Notes: a model not told the origin generated them from the sequence alone. A stretch of DNA of 64,000 nucleotides from an uncultured delta proteobacterium (GCA_963712115.1 CAVQGX010000039.1:88-64087); one strand, 5' to 3'; shown: positions 27,837 to 39,180, numbered from the stretch's first letter. Numbers and translations: made by a program.

Positions 27837-29273
27837 CTAAGTAAGAACAGATGGGAAAATCTGCTTGAATAATTTATTGTATACTCTTCGACAAAAATGT
27901 AAGGAACGAATAACGAGATATAAAATACTAGTAAACGGGGCCGGTAGAGATAACATAAATAAACCAAAAAGACTGATTACGAAATTTTTGTAATTGGTAA
28001 GCACATATTGCGCTAGTAGAAGTTCACGATGCCTATTTCCTGAGAAAGTAAGTGCAGATTTTGTGTAATACTCGGTTGGCATGGGTGTGTGGGCATCAAA
28101 GAGTCCTTCCCCAACAACTTTTTCATAAAGTTTTGTCTTCCTAAGAGGATAAAAAATAGTGGTTTGCATTATCTCTGGTTGTACTTCATTGACAAGCTTA
28201 TAGGTTTTCTTGATGGAATCTCTGCCTTCTCCGGGAAACCCTATCATAGTGAATGCATGAGTGATAAGACCATGTTTTTTTGCTGTTCTGAAGGCAGAGA
28301 TGATTGTCTCTTGCGAGTGTTTTCTATTTAGTAGATTCCTTCTAATATTCTCATCTCCGGATTCAATACCGATTGAAACCATTTGCGCACCGGCCTCTCT
28401 GATAATGCGAACCTTTTCATCGGTCATATTTTCCGGCCGCTCCATAAAGACAAATGGGGTTCCTATTTCCGATCTATAAAGATCGCGGAATCTTCTCAAG
28501 CGGTCAATGTTTGTTAACATTACTTCGTCAATCCAGTACACACAGTCAAGACCATACTCATCGCGAAACATGCTTACCTCTTGGAGAATGCGCTCCGGCG
28601 ATTTTTCTCGACGCCACTTTCCCTTGCCTCTGTATAATGAGCGAACGTAGTCATTCGTACAATAGGCGCAAGCATATGGACATCCTCTACTGGCCTCAAA
28701 TGCACCGGCAATATTAGCTCCTTTGAAATGGCGTTTTATGAATGAACTACTGTAATGAATATCATCAAAAATCCGCCAATGAGGAAAAGGTAGTTCATCA
28801 AGTGCTGAGATGACATGGGTCACTTCATTCTTAAAAATCTTATCATCTTGTTTAACCCAACAACCCGCGATGCCATTAGTATCCTCACGGTGGTCTATTT
28901 TTTTCAGTATTTGTGCAAAAGTTTCTTCTCCTTCTCCAATTACCAGAATGTCTGCAATCTTTATAACCTGTTCTGGGGCAACAGTTGCATGCGGTCCACC
29001 AAAAACCTTGGGTATGCCTTCAAGATTAACAGATTCAAATAGTTGTTCTAAAAAAGACCATTCGTTGCTTCGGCACGATACAGCCAGTAAATCAGGAGCA
29101 AAACTCTCAAGTTTTGAATGAAAAGCGGGGATTTCTTCGCCTTCGGGAATAGTTGTCAAATCGTATAAACTACACTCATGTCCTGACTGACGCGCCACGC
29201 CGGCAAGCATACATATCCCTAATTGTGGGCTTGTCGCTCGAGTAATATTGGGATAGATGAACAATATTCTCAT
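27837..29273 (-). CDS. B12-binding-domain radical SAM protein
   Basis: The likely start is MRILFIYPNITRATSPQLGICMLAG (a B12-binding-like N-domain) at 29273. The radical SAM cluster motif is SRGCPYACAYC. The C-terminal tail is hydrophobic. Confidence 0.8.
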   Translation of the reverse strand: MRILFIYPNITRATSPQLGICMLAGVARQSGHECSLYDLTTIPEGEEIPAFHSKLESFAPDLLAVSCRSNEWSFLEQLFESVNLEGIPKVFGGPHATVAPEQVIKIADILVIGEGEETFAQILKKIDHREDTNGIAGCWVKQDDKIFKNEVTHVISALDELPFPHWRIFDDIHYSSSFIKRHFKGANIAGAFEASRGCPYACAYCTNDYVRSLYRGKGKWRREKSPERILQEVSMFRDEYGLDCVYWIDEVMLTNIDRLRRFRDLYRSEIGTPFVFMERPENMTDEKVRIIREAGAQMVSIGIESGDENIRRNLLNRKHSQETIISAFRTAKKHGLITHAFTMIGFPGEGRDSIKKTYKLVNEVQPEIMQTTIFYPLRKTKLYEKVVGEGLFDAHTPMPTEYYTKSALTFSGNRHRELLLAQYVLTNYKNFVISLFGLFMLSLPAPFTSILYLVIRSLHFCRRVYNKLFKQIFPSVLT

Positions 29274-29292
29274 AGATGTTCCCGAACCTCTC

Positions 29293-30588
29293 TTAAGGTG
29301 CGACAACCTCCACTTGAGATCTTTCCTTAGTCCCACGGCTGACAGTCAGATAGAAACCGATAGCCGTAAAGAAAATCGCTGTGTACGCTATGCTGGAAGC
29401 TAATGCAGCGCCTAAAACCGCATAACGAGGAATGAGAACTAAGTCGAGCACGATTGTCAGCACCAGGGCAAGACCGGCGTTAATGGAGTTGTATTTAGGG
29501 TAACCCCTTCCGGCTATTTCATTGGCCAGAACTTTTGCCCCGCCCAAAAAGATCACACCAGGAAGAAGTACCAGCAGAGGGACATAAGCGCCAGAAAATG
29601 CCGACGAGAAGACGAAATTGATCACAGGCTGACCTACGAAGGCTAGAATTAATGCTCCAAGCGCCGTCAACCCGAGGGTTATGCGAAAGACGCGAGGCGT
29701 GAATATGTTCATCTCTTCAGACTTGGTAGCTGCTGCCTTAGGAAAGATAACAAATCCCACAGCATCCGGAAGGTACCAAAGAAGCTCTGCGAGCCTTACA
29801 GAGACAGTATAGATTCCTACATTAGCAGGACCCAAAAAGTAGTTCAAAATAAACATGTCCAGACGGTAGTTGAAAAATTGAAGCACATTTCCTATCTGAC
29901 CTTGCAATCCAAAAGATAGTGTGGAGCGCAATACGGGGTATGACCAACTGGGAGTCAAGACAATACCTTCGCGATGGAGTAATATCCCCAAGATAATAAG
30001 ACTCAGGGCTCCAGAAGCGATCGGAGCTAAAACAGCGCCCAGTATCTCCATTTTACAAGCTATGACAAAAAGTAGGGTCAGCGCGAGCGTTAGAACGCCC
30101 TGTGAAAGGTTAATCAGATTAACTGTGACGATCCGCTGTAGCCCCTGTAAGATGGAGCTGAGAAAGCCACTGAGCAGGCCTGTTGGGAAGCCTAGCATGG
30201 CCACTAGAACAATCCACACGGGGACTCCTGGTACCAGAGCTTGCAGCAATCCAAAAGTGGCAAGGCCGATTACCACTGCGAACCCAAGAATTGTCACCAG
30301 CAGCGCGATTCCCACGGAGTTTGCTGTCAGGGCGGCCACGTCCAAACGACGGGAGCCGGCAAAATAGACATTGGCAAGCCCAATACCACCACTTAGGAAT
30401 ATGCCTAACATTCCTGGTATTAACAGGGCTAAGGCCAGTGTCCCCTTTCCCTCCGGCCCTAACCATTGAGCAACGATAGCTGCTGTGGCAACTGAAAGCA
30501 CAATTTTGACAACTTGAGTCAAAAAGGTGACTATCACGTGTTTTTGGAAATTAGATGAATCAACCGGTCTGTTAAAAATCTTTGTCAT
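29293..30588 (-). CDS. wzx: Wzx-type oligosaccharide flippase (MOP superfamily)
   Basis: 431-aa polytopic protein with the usual Polysacc_synt-like pattern and its typical position in an EPS locus. Confidence 0.75.
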   Translation of the reverse strand: MTKIFNRPVDSSNFQKHVIVTFLTQVVKIVLSVATAAIVAQWLGPEGKGTLALALLIPGMLGIFLSGGIGLANVYFAGSRRLDVAALTANSVGIALLVTILGFAVVIGLATFGLLQALVPGVPVWIVLVAMLGFPTGLLSGFLSSILQGLQRIVTVNLINLSQGVLTLALTLLFVIACKMEILGAVLAPIASGALSLIILGILLHREGIVLTPSWSYPVLRSTLSFGLQGQIGNVLQFFNYRLDMFILNYFLGPANVGIYTVSVRLAELLWYLPDAVGFVIFPKAAATKSEEMNIFTPRVFRITLGLTALGALILAFVGQPVINFVFSSAFSGAYVPLLVLLPGVIFLGGAKVLANEIAGRGYPKYNSINAGLALVLTIVLDLVLIPRYAVLGAALASSIAYTAIFFTAIGFYLTVSRGTKERSQVEVVAP

Positions 30589-30604
30589 TGCAGTTAAAGA
30601 ATCT

Positions 30605-32410
30605 TCAGAATAAAACTTTCACGTCAAAATTTTCGTCAAATTTAAAAGATGTATAAGTAAGAGGACGCAAGATTCGAGATCGCCAACACTTACCAATGAA
30701 CCATGACAAAGTAGAGAATATAATAATCAGTACTTTACTCTTGGGTTTTAGTGTCCATCGTGCTCTATTCCCGTTTACATAGAATATAGCGTAAAAGATG
30801 TTGCTAATTATTTGTAATAGGCCACTGTTCTCGGTTTTCTTTTTGAATAGCAGCGACTTTCCTTTCTTCAGCACAACCCAAGAATGGAATGGTTCTCCGA
30901 GTAGAAGTTCTCCTAGAAGACCTGGACATTCAATGTAACCTCCAGAGGCAACTCTTTGTATCTCTTTGCAAAATGCTATTGGATTTAAGGCGTGCTCTGC
31001 GACTTGAGACGCAATTACGTAATCAAAACACAGATGTTTGAAGGGTAGGTATTGTGCATCCCCAATAACAAATGGACGTTCATCGCGAACTGCAATTCTT
31101 CCGCTCCTTTCAATACTAGAGTAGATATTCTTGTCTAAAAGAATGTCGGCCCGACGGTGAGGATTATGGCCGCTTCCTATATCTAAGACGCGCCAGTGTT
31201 TTTCGATACCAATTTTCTCACCTGCACAACCCACTTCAAAAGTGTCGATAGCTGAACCTTTTAGATTTCGATATATATTGTGTATCTGGACACCAACGCG
31301 CCTATGCGAAAATCGGTTTGCAGCATAATGGGATATGCGATTGGTAGCAAAACGGCTTAAATCGTCGAGCATATGATCAAGCTCCTTGCCTAGGACTTTT
31401 GCGTCTCCGGGAGGCACTAATACACCCACATCACCGGTTATAAACTCCTCCGGACCCCCACAGCGTGTAGATAATACTGGAAGCCCGGTTGCTAAAGCTT
31501 CAGCGGCTACTACCGAGAAGGTTTCGAAAAGGCTCGGAAGTACAAAGATGTCTGCTTGGCGCATCAATTCTCTGACCTCTTCTTTGGTCTTGAAACCACG
31601 GAAAGTAATCTTGTCAACCAGGCCTAAGTCCGCCGCCATGCGTTCATATTCCTGCCGCGCAGGCCCATCCCCTACTAGATCAAGGCACCAGTCGTCTCTG
31701 TGCTCCTTCAGGCGTGCTAGGGCATGGAGCAAAAGGGGTAAGCCCTTTTTGTGAGAAGGATCAAGTAAGCCAACAAAGAGCAGCCGTTTAGGGCGATTAT
31801 CGGGGCGAGAGTCAAAACTGGGATGGAATAAACTTGAGTCTACTGTGTTGGGAACGATTTGGAAGCGAGCTTTGACACCATAATTCTCAATTGCCGTTTG
31901 TAGAGAAAGGCTTACCGGCAAAACCATATCAGCCTTACTAAAGGCGAACCGGGCCATCCTCACGTCTTGGCGAGGCAGTCGCCTCATTGGAAAAGCTGTA
32001 GAGTGTTCTGTAACCACGACTGGAATTCGATATGCCTTTCCAATTAGGACGGCCGGCACTGCGGCTTCATAGACATGGGCGTGAATAATGTCCGGGCGAA
32101 AACCTTTTGCCACAATAGATCGAAAAGCTTGAAAGAGACTCCAAAGGTAGATTGCATACCAGATTTTGGGAATTGTGAAGGGCCGATACCATACCCGATA
32201 AGTTGGAATGCCTTCAGTCAGGCTTTCATCCGTCTCTTGCTGTATGCGCCATAGGCTCTTTAGATTTGGGTCTCGTCCGACACAGTTAAGGACAACAACA
32301 TTGTCATAAAGCCCCACAGCCTTAGCATGCTCCCTTACGAACACGCCTACCAGTGGGTTTTGTTTCGTGGGATACCAGGAAGTGATGAATAGGGTTTTCA
32401 GACGCTCCAC
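30605..32410 (-). CDS. Fusion protein: glycosyltransferase family 4 (N-terminal) plus class I methyltransferase-like domain (C-terminal)
   Basis: The N-terminal ~380 aa have ETFSVVAAEALATGLPVLSTRCGGPEEF. The C-terminal region has VLDIGSGHNPHRRADILLD and ...ASQVAEHALNP.... Confidence 0.7.
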   Translation of the reverse strand: MERLKTLFITSWYPTKQNPLVGVFVREHAKAVGLYDNVVVLNCVGRDPNLKSLWRIQQETDESLTEGIPTYRVWYRPFTIPKIWYAIYLWSLFQAFRSIVAKGFRPDIIHAHVYEAAVPAVLIGKAYRIPVVVTEHSTAFPMRRLPRQDVRMARFAFSKADMVLPVSLSLQTAIENYGVKARFQIVPNTVDSSLFHPSFDSRPDNRPKRLLFVGLLDPSHKKGLPLLLHALARLKEHRDDWCLDLVGDGPARQEYERMAADLGLVDKITFRGFKTKEEVRELMRQADIFVLPSLFETFSVVAAEALATGLPVLSTRCGGPEEFITGDVGVLVPPGDAKVLGKELDHMLDDLSRFATNRISHYAANRFSHRRVGVQIHNIYRNLKGSAIDTFEVGCAGEKIGIEKHWRVLDIGSGHNPHRRADILLDKNIYSSIERSGRIAVRDERPFVIGDAQYLPFKHLCFDYVIASQVAEHALNPIAFCKEIQRVASGGYIECPGLLGELLLGEPFHSWVVLKKGKSLLFKKKTENSGLLQIISNIFYAIFYVNGNRARWTLKPKSKVLIIIFSTLSWFIGKCWRSRILRPLTYTSFKFDENFDVKVLF

Positions 32411-32503
32411 GCCAACGAGTTCTCGACTAATAGTAAGTCGCTCCTAAGAGGTCAGAATCGATATCGTAAGGAATTAAATAAATATGATTATCTCACCAGG
32501 GCT

Positions 32504-33766
32504 TTAAATCTTGAAATAATCAGATATATAAGGCGATTCCCCTAAAAGCAATATAAGGCTGTTGAGAGCGACTATTGTACCTAGCCATAGCCACCTGCGA
32601 CGATTTCGCCAGACCCAAAAAGCTCCCACAGCCGCGAGTACTACGATGAAGGGATCAAAAGGAGCGCGCATCCTGGGTGATCCGTAAAAAATGATCGAGG
32701 TCAATAGCGGAGCACCTAAGGTAAAAATCACGAGAGACAAACGATGTCGAACATAAGAAGTCTGAGCAATCACCGCGAGTACCGCGAGGGACGCAGTTAA
32801 CCCCCAAAAGATGTTGTATCTAAATGGGAACTCTTGATGTATCCATTTCATGTCAAATGGGTAGCCAAGAAGACCTAATTTCATTGGGATTAATTCCAGA
32901 GCCCGCCAGGGATGATGTTTGATGTGCTGCGCGGTAACGTGGGTGAGGTATCGGCTTCTGTCTGCTTCATTGGTAATTGAGAAGTACTGATCATGTTCGT
33001 TTCTAATCTCATTGAAACCTAGACCTTTCTCAGGGATGAAATAGGAATTATAAAAAGTAATACCAGTTGTCGAGGCTGTAGGTATGAACCGATGAAATAC
33101 GATACCGTTTCTTACAACCCACGGCGACAGAACAAGGATCATAAGAAGGAGAAAAGCGGCTAAGTGCCGCAAAGATTCAGGTCTATCGTAGCGATACCAG
33201 ATCCATAAAAGCAGAAAAGCTGCCACAACGACACCATTAGGACGTACAAGCGTAGCAATACCAATTACGAAGCCTGCCGCCCCTGAAAACCAGCTGTTTG
33301 ATTGATTAATCGCCAATAAGAGTAGTGAAGTCACAACAAAGAATGTAAATAGTGTTTCCGTGAGCACGGCTAGAGACCAAAATGCCATTGGAACATAAAG
33401 TGCTAATAACAGACCACATAATGCCCCTTGGGATTTATCGAGTAGTAACCGGGCCAAGAAATAGATCAATAGGCACGTTAGAGAGTCTATAATAATTTGA
33501 AGAATCTGAATCGTTCTCACCCCGGCTCCAGGTGAAGTTAAAATGCCTGCCAGAAACAATGGATATAGTGGCATGCGCGTGGAGGTGGGGTCCTTACCGT
33601 TTAAGCTGAAGCCATTTCCCTCTCTAAGAGATTCCGCTATTGCCAAATAGGCCTGTGAATCGCCCCCAACAGGAATAGTACCATCGTCAAAACAAAGCAA
33701 AGCGAGTCTGACAGCAAGGGCGACCAATATTATCAATAAAGGGATGGCGATCTTGTGCTTTGTCAT
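32504..33766 (-). CDS. ArnT/PMT-like membrane glycosyltransferase (GT39/GT83-like)
   Basis: 420-aa polytopic protein. The N-terminus ALAVRLALLCF..GDSQAYLAIAESLREGNGF is typical of PMT_2-type enzymes. Confidence 0.6.
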   Translation of the reverse strand: MTKHKIAIPLLIILVALAVRLALLCFDDGTIPVGGDSQAYLAIAESLREGNGFSLNGKDPTSTRMPLYPLFLAGILTSPGAGVRTIQILQIIIDSLTCLLIYFLARLLLDKSQGALCGLLLALYVPMAFWSLAVLTETLFTFFVVTSLLLLAINQSNSWFSGAAGFVIGIATLVRPNGVVVAAFLLLWIWYRYDRPESLRHLAAFLLLMILVLSPWVVRNGIVFHRFIPTASTTGITFYNSYFIPEKGLGFNEIRNEHDQYFSITNEADRSRYLTHVTAQHIKHHPWRALELIPMKLGLLGYPFDMKWIHQEFPFRYNIFWGLTASLAVLAVIAQTSYVRHRLSLVIFTLGAPLLTSIIFYGSPRMRAPFDPFIVVLAAVGAFWVWRNRRRWLWLGTIVALNSLILLLGESPYISDYFKI

Positions 33767-34289
33767 AGATGAAAATTGCTATCGCTTTCAAGGCAAGTGG
33801 TTAATGAGGGCCCTTACCTTGAAGATTGTTAGCCAAATAGAAAAACGATTCTCCGGGACGTTGCTTTAATAAATTCACTCTCAAGAAGATTCCCCAAGCT
33901 CTCTACTTAAATCTTTGTTAGCGATTTTCCCTTGCCCCCTTTTTCAAAACACAGCTCCGCCAACTCGGTTACATGTAAACCGAAGCTTAAGCCCGTGATA
34001 TGGAATATAGCTTTCCATTATTCGGGTTGTACCAACATTCTTAACAATGAACCCACATAGAATCGATATCGGCTTTTCTGAACATATCGGTCAAGCGAAT
34101 CTAAAGCTGCAAAATTTATTCCTCTAAGATATGCGCTGCAAATCGGGCTAATGACGAATTAGTCGGCAGGATAAATCGAAACTCAGCAGAAATGACATAA
34201 GAAGCGACAAGGCAATTATAAGACAAAAGTCCCGGGCGCCAAAAGCGAGAAGATACGGTGAATTTTGGGTGAGCCTGTATCATGAATCT

Positions 34290-35684
34290 TTACGCTTCAG
34301 CAACGACTCTGCTTTCTTCATCCATTGCGTCTAGAGAGATGAGGATCCCGGTAAGAAACCAGAACGGTTCCATGATGCGAACGATGATGAATGTATTGGC
34401 ACCGGCGGCGTGTACAAGCAACCCTACTAGTCCAGCAATGAGGCCCACAGATAGGCCTCGAAGGAGGTCGCTCTGTTGGTTTCTCCAGACTCTGAGCCCT
34501 ACGAGGAAAAGGACATAGATTAACCAACCAAAAGAAAGCATGCCGATAATCCCTGTTTCCACCAAGATTCTGGGATACTGGGCATCCATAAACTTGTGGC
34601 CGGTTACCCCATAGCCGAGAATGGGTCTATTGCGCCATTCCGAAAGGCCCTCTTTCCAACTTATAATACGAGCCGACAATGAGGTATCAAGACGAAGTTT
34701 CCCTATTTGGATCTGATCCTCACGTGATGGCTGTGTGAAGGTGTAAGCAATTCTGTTCTTAGCCACGTGAGGAAGAATGAATGGACTCAGCACAAGGATT
34801 ACGATTAGCCCGGCTACAAGGTAGAATCTTCGACGGCTAAAAAGAGATATAGCCAGATAAGCTGGGATCACCGCCAAGTAAGAGGCCCGAGACTGGGTGT
34901 AGATGAGACTTATAAGGAGGACAAGTAGAAGCACAGTCAACCCCAGTCGTACTCGCATATCCTTCAGGTGGACTATCAATGCGAATGTCACTGCCCCCAT
35001 GAATACCAAATAACCACCAAATGTATTGGGTTCTCCTACCTCTCCTTCGAAAGGGGCGCTGACTCTAATGCCGCTGGGTATTTGTGTTAATCCGTATATG
35101 GAAACAATGAAACAGGTAAGAAATAGACAGAACAGTAAACGCTTTGCCTGGTCAGGAGTGTTTACGTAATTAACGACCATGAAAAAGACAATCATGTACT
35201 CAAAGTATTTCAAAACGAAGAAAAAACCGGCACTCCCTTCAACATTACCGGTCATTTTGCCCCAGAGGGTGGCCACAAAGCAGACAACAATGTAAGCAAC
35301 GATGGGTTGGTTCAGAGGCGTCTTGCGAAAGAGACCTGTAGTCTTATCCACAGCAGTTCTGGCAAACCAACTGAGGCCAATAAACACCAAAAGAAAATCC
35401 TCTAGTCTGAGAGTCATTCCGCGACCAAGAGTAGCTTTTCCGCTAACGTCTCCGGCGATTATTTCCGGGGAAAGGAGCATAGAGAAGATGACTACATAGA
35501 GACCAGCCTCGGGCCAGATAAAGGTGCAAAAGAAAACCAAAAGCAGGATAATGAGAAGGAAACCATGGATGGCACTAATCATCGTGAGGAGGTAGCCTAC
35601 TAGAAGAGCGCCAATCAAGATTAAAATCAGGGTTGCAGGGGGAGCGCCGATTTTAAGAGTAGTCTTGGAGGACAATCTTGGCAT
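34290..35684 (-). CDS. O-antigen ligase / Wzy-like polymerase family membrane protein
   Basis: 464-aa polytopic protein with a Wzy_C-like segment LISLIYTQSRASYLAVIPAYL and a large loop. Confidence 0.7.
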   Translation of the reverse strand: MPRLSSKTTLKIGAPPATLILILIGALLVGYLLTMISAIHGFLLIILLLVFFCTFIWPEAGLYVVIFSMLLSPEIIAGDVSGKATLGRGMTLRLEDFLLVFIGLSWFARTAVDKTTGLFRKTPLNQPIVAYIVVCFVATLWGKMTGNVEGSAGFFFVLKYFEYMIVFFMVVNYVNTPDQAKRLLFCLFLTCFIVSIYGLTQIPSGIRVSAPFEGEVGEPNTFGGYLVFMGAVTFALIVHLKDMRVRLGLTVLLLVLLISLIYTQSRASYLAVIPAYLAISLFSRRRFYLVAGLIVILVLSPFILPHVAKNRIAYTFTQPSREDQIQIGKLRLDTSLSARIISWKEGLSEWRNRPILGYGVTGHKFMDAQYPRILVETGIIGMLSFGWLIYVLFLVGLRVWRNQQSDLLRGLSVGLIAGLVGLLVHAAGANTFIIVRIMEPFWFLTGILISLDAMDEESRVVAEA

Positions 35685-35693
35685 ATCAAGTAT

Positions 35694-38600
35694 CTATCCT
35701 TGACCGGAAAGGAGTTGCCAGTTTTCCTTAACGATGGTCCAGCGGTTGTCATCGTATCGAAGATGAAGAGTTTCTGTGCCCAAGTCTCTATGGTTTGCTG
35801 TCTGATAACTTTGGGTGAAAGTGACCACTGCATTGGAGCCGTTAGCTTGAACTTGCATATCACTGATCTGAACATTCCGTTTTGCAGAACGTCCAAAGAT
35901 TTCCTGCTTGTAACGCTTCCAGGCGTGATAATGCATCTCATCTGTTTCGAAGTGCTGATGGTAGCACGCGATATAGCCTATAAAGTCTCCTTTTTCCCAG
36001 GAGCTACGCCAATTTTCAACGAAATGCTGTATCTCGACCTCAACCGGTTCGGTCATGGCGGGAAGGGACTCGTAGGATTCCTCTAAAATGGCCCAATTAC
36101 CCTCGTAATTAGAGAGCTGAAACGTTTTCAAGCCGAGCCCCTTGTAGTTCTTGGTCTGATAGCGCTGTCTAAAGGTGACCAACGCGCGCGAACCGTTAAG
36201 TTCAACCCTAATGTCGCTGATTTTTACATCCCTCTCCGGAGTACGGTCAAACAAGTCCTGTTTGTAGTCTTTCCAGGCCTGGATATTCATGCCACGTGCT
36301 TTGAAGTCCGGGTGGTAACAGCCAATGTAAGCCTGCAAGTCACCCTCTTCCCAGGAACGGCGCCATTTCTCAACGAAAGGTTCTATGGATGATTCTGGAG
36401 ATAAGGCTTGCGCTTCAGCCGGCTTCTTCTCGGCGACAGTCCGATCCTCTGCAACTGGAGTACGGGCAACTACCACCGCCTCTCCGGTCGGTTGTCCTTC
36501 AGTGGACTGATCTGGTGGCTTGATCGTCTCTTTGCCGCGCGTTTGGTATGCAACCGGTTGGTCAGATTTGATTTCTTTTTGTTCAAGGATTTGCCCTTTT
36601 GGATGAGTCTCTATCGATCCAGTTCTTTGGGATTGAGCTGCAGGAGATACATCAGAGCCAACCGATTCTGTGAGCTTCTTTGTAGCTGGGGATGCAGGAA
36701 GAATAGGCTTTTTCTGTGCTACGTTCTGATCCCTGAACTTTTTCTGATCTGGACGGCTATGAATTGAAGACGTGATTTTTGGATAATTGTGCCAAACAAC
36801 ACCGGCAAGAGCGAGAATGCCGACAAATAGAAGCAGGCTAATTGCAGTTCGTTTCCCCTTGGCTTCAACCGCAAGCCTGATTTTGCCAATGATATTTTGA
36901 AAAGTACGAAGAGGCTGGCGAACTAATTCATGCCAACGAGAATGAGGGCCTGATTTTTCGCCGCGATCCTCATCACTATAGTAGTAGTCTGTCCGGTAAC
37001 GATAGAAATCAGGGGCCACATCGGGTTTAACATTGTTGAGAATTACACCAAGTACATTGGTGTTTACATTTTCAAGCTGTATCTTGGCTCTCTTTAGAAT
37101 TCCTCGCCCTATTCGGCCCACTTCGTAAACCAGGATGACGCCATCCACCTCAGGAGCCACCTCGAAGGCATCAGCCACGGGCAGAACCGGCGGTGTATCT
37201 ACAATTATGATTTCGTAGTGTTCCCTTACCTCATGGAGAAACTCCTTGAACCTGGGTGATCTAAGGATTTCAGCAGGGTTGAGCAGACTTTGCCCCGCAT
37301 TGATGATATGCAAATTATCCAGCCCCGGTGTTTTCAGGATGTCATCAATGCCAAACTCGCCCAGCATTAAATCAATGATGTTGTTAGTTACGTTTTGCCA
37401 GCCGTTATCAGTCTGCACGGCGTTGAAAGTCAAAGTTGTGTCGAGTACAATAGTGTTCTCCGGCCTTGTTTCCAGTTCACCTGTTCCCACGATGAAGTCT
37501 GTAAGCCCTGGTTGTCTCTCCAGGCCGAAAATATGGTGGACTGTTGGTCTGCGCAAATCAGCGTCTATCAAGAGGACTTTTTCTCCAGCCTGGGCCAGAC
37601 TCAGGCTCAGGTTGACCACATTGTAAGTTTTCCCTTCCTGCAGGGAAGAACTGGTAATCAGGTAAACTTTCGCCTTCTTATCCGTACGGATAAATTGGAG
37701 ATTCGTCCTCAATGAGCGGTAAGCTTCTGACACGGGAGAACGCGGGGCAAAGTGGGTTACCAGCGGCTCACCTCTTGGTTTAACCCCGGTTTCATCTTTC
37801 TCAGTAAAGGCAAATTCCTGAACAGATGGGATAATGCCGAGTACAGGTATACCCAGAATCTCCTCCACATCTTCGATGGTGCCCAAGGAGGTGTCCATGG
37901 TCTCTACAATCAAAGCAAGCACCAGGCCGACAACGAGTCCAATTATTCCGCCAGTGACGGTGTTGATCAGAGTGTTAGGCATATTTATAGGATTACTTGG
38001 CTCCAGAGCAGGTTTGATGATTTTAACCTCTTCTATTAGGCCCGATTCCTGGATCATCACTTCTTGATACTTGGATTTGAGCTGGGCAAGAAGATCCCCG
38101 TTTAGCTCCACCTCGCGGCGCAGCCTGGCGAGGGTAAGAACACTGTCCGGAATTGCCATTGCCTGACTCCGTGCTGTTTCGAGCCGTCTTTCCCAAGTCC
38201 TGCAAGCGACCGTCCATTGTGGTCAGCATGGACCTCAGTTCTTTTTCCATTTCTGAAAGCAACATTCGCCAGCTCCGCATCCACCGCGTCTACTTCGGGG
38301 TGCTCCTTGGTGTAGTCATTGAGCAGGACTTCGCGCCGCAAGCTGAGGTCTCTGAATTTGGCTGTGAGCTTGGCTAGCTGGGGAGGAGGGCTTCTCGACA
38401 AAGAATGCTTCTTGGCTGACAATCTGTTTCCCCTCACGGAATTGTTTGAAGCAGTCCAAGCTGTCTTTTGACTTCAGCCTCTTCTTTGCTGTAGATCGGC
38501 CACTTCATTCTCGAGGCTGATAAGACGATTAATGGCAGCTGTGGTCTGAGCGTCAATGGCTACCAGTTTGGTGTCTTTTTCGTAATTGCGAAGATTTTGT

Positions 38601-39180
38601 TCAGCTTCCTGCAGGCGTCTTTCAACAACTTCCAACTGCCTCTCAATGAACTCCCTGGTTTCTCTGACCTTCTTGTTCCGTCTCATCAACGTTATTCTGG
38701 CGGTAGACTTCGGCAACTGTGTTGGCGAGCAGCGCAGCCTCAGTGGCCTTTGAAGAGTTAGCGGTGATGTTTATGATGTTGGTGTTACCCTCCTGCTCGG
38801 TTTCGATCTGCGATTTGAGTCCATTTACTACTTCGAGATATTTATGGATACTGCGGACCTGGGCTGAGGAGATATTTTCAGGGATCAGCCCCATCTGTCG
38901 TGCTGATTGTTCGATGACTGGAAAACTGGTAATAATCACCGCCTGAGTTGCCACGTTGTCCCAAGAAGTCCAGGAGACGGTGCCGAGGAGTAAGGTGGTG
39001 AGATCAGTGGCTTTTTCTACTTTGACGGCGGAGGTCGCCTCGTAGATGGGTTCAGGAGTGCGAATCACCGCAAAGAGATAGCTGAAGACGGTGAACAATT
39101 ATGGTCGACAGGATGACAACAGTTCTGCGTTTGCGGATGATCCGCCAGTAATCGCGTAGATTTATGTCATATTTTGCCAT
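35694..39180 (-). pseudogene. Wzc-type chain-length-determinant/BY-kinase paralogue with a frameshifted N-terminal domain. An 821-aa ORF remains open.
   Basis: The start region 39121-39180 is identical to that of the intact paralogue (45023-45082). Fragments 38643..39098, 38474..38716 and 38102..38437 match consecutive parts of the intact N-terminus in three different frames. By manual alignment I see single-base indels near 39096, 38683, 38260 and 38187, and a net +2 in 38420-38480. ORF 35694..38159 keeps the kinase domain (Walker A SLQEGKT, LLIDADLRRP, IIVDTPPV), the Tyr cluster YRYRTDYYY, a further TM helix and two NTF2/SnoaL-like repeats. Confidence 0.75.

Noticed and set aside
33767-34289. 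524-bp gap between the GT39-like and O-antigen-ligase-like genes; I looked for a hidden gene or a transposase remnant
   Set aside because: There are stops in all frames within about 50 codons. Short translated stretches gave nothing I could recognise. I leave it as non-coding or degraded DNA.
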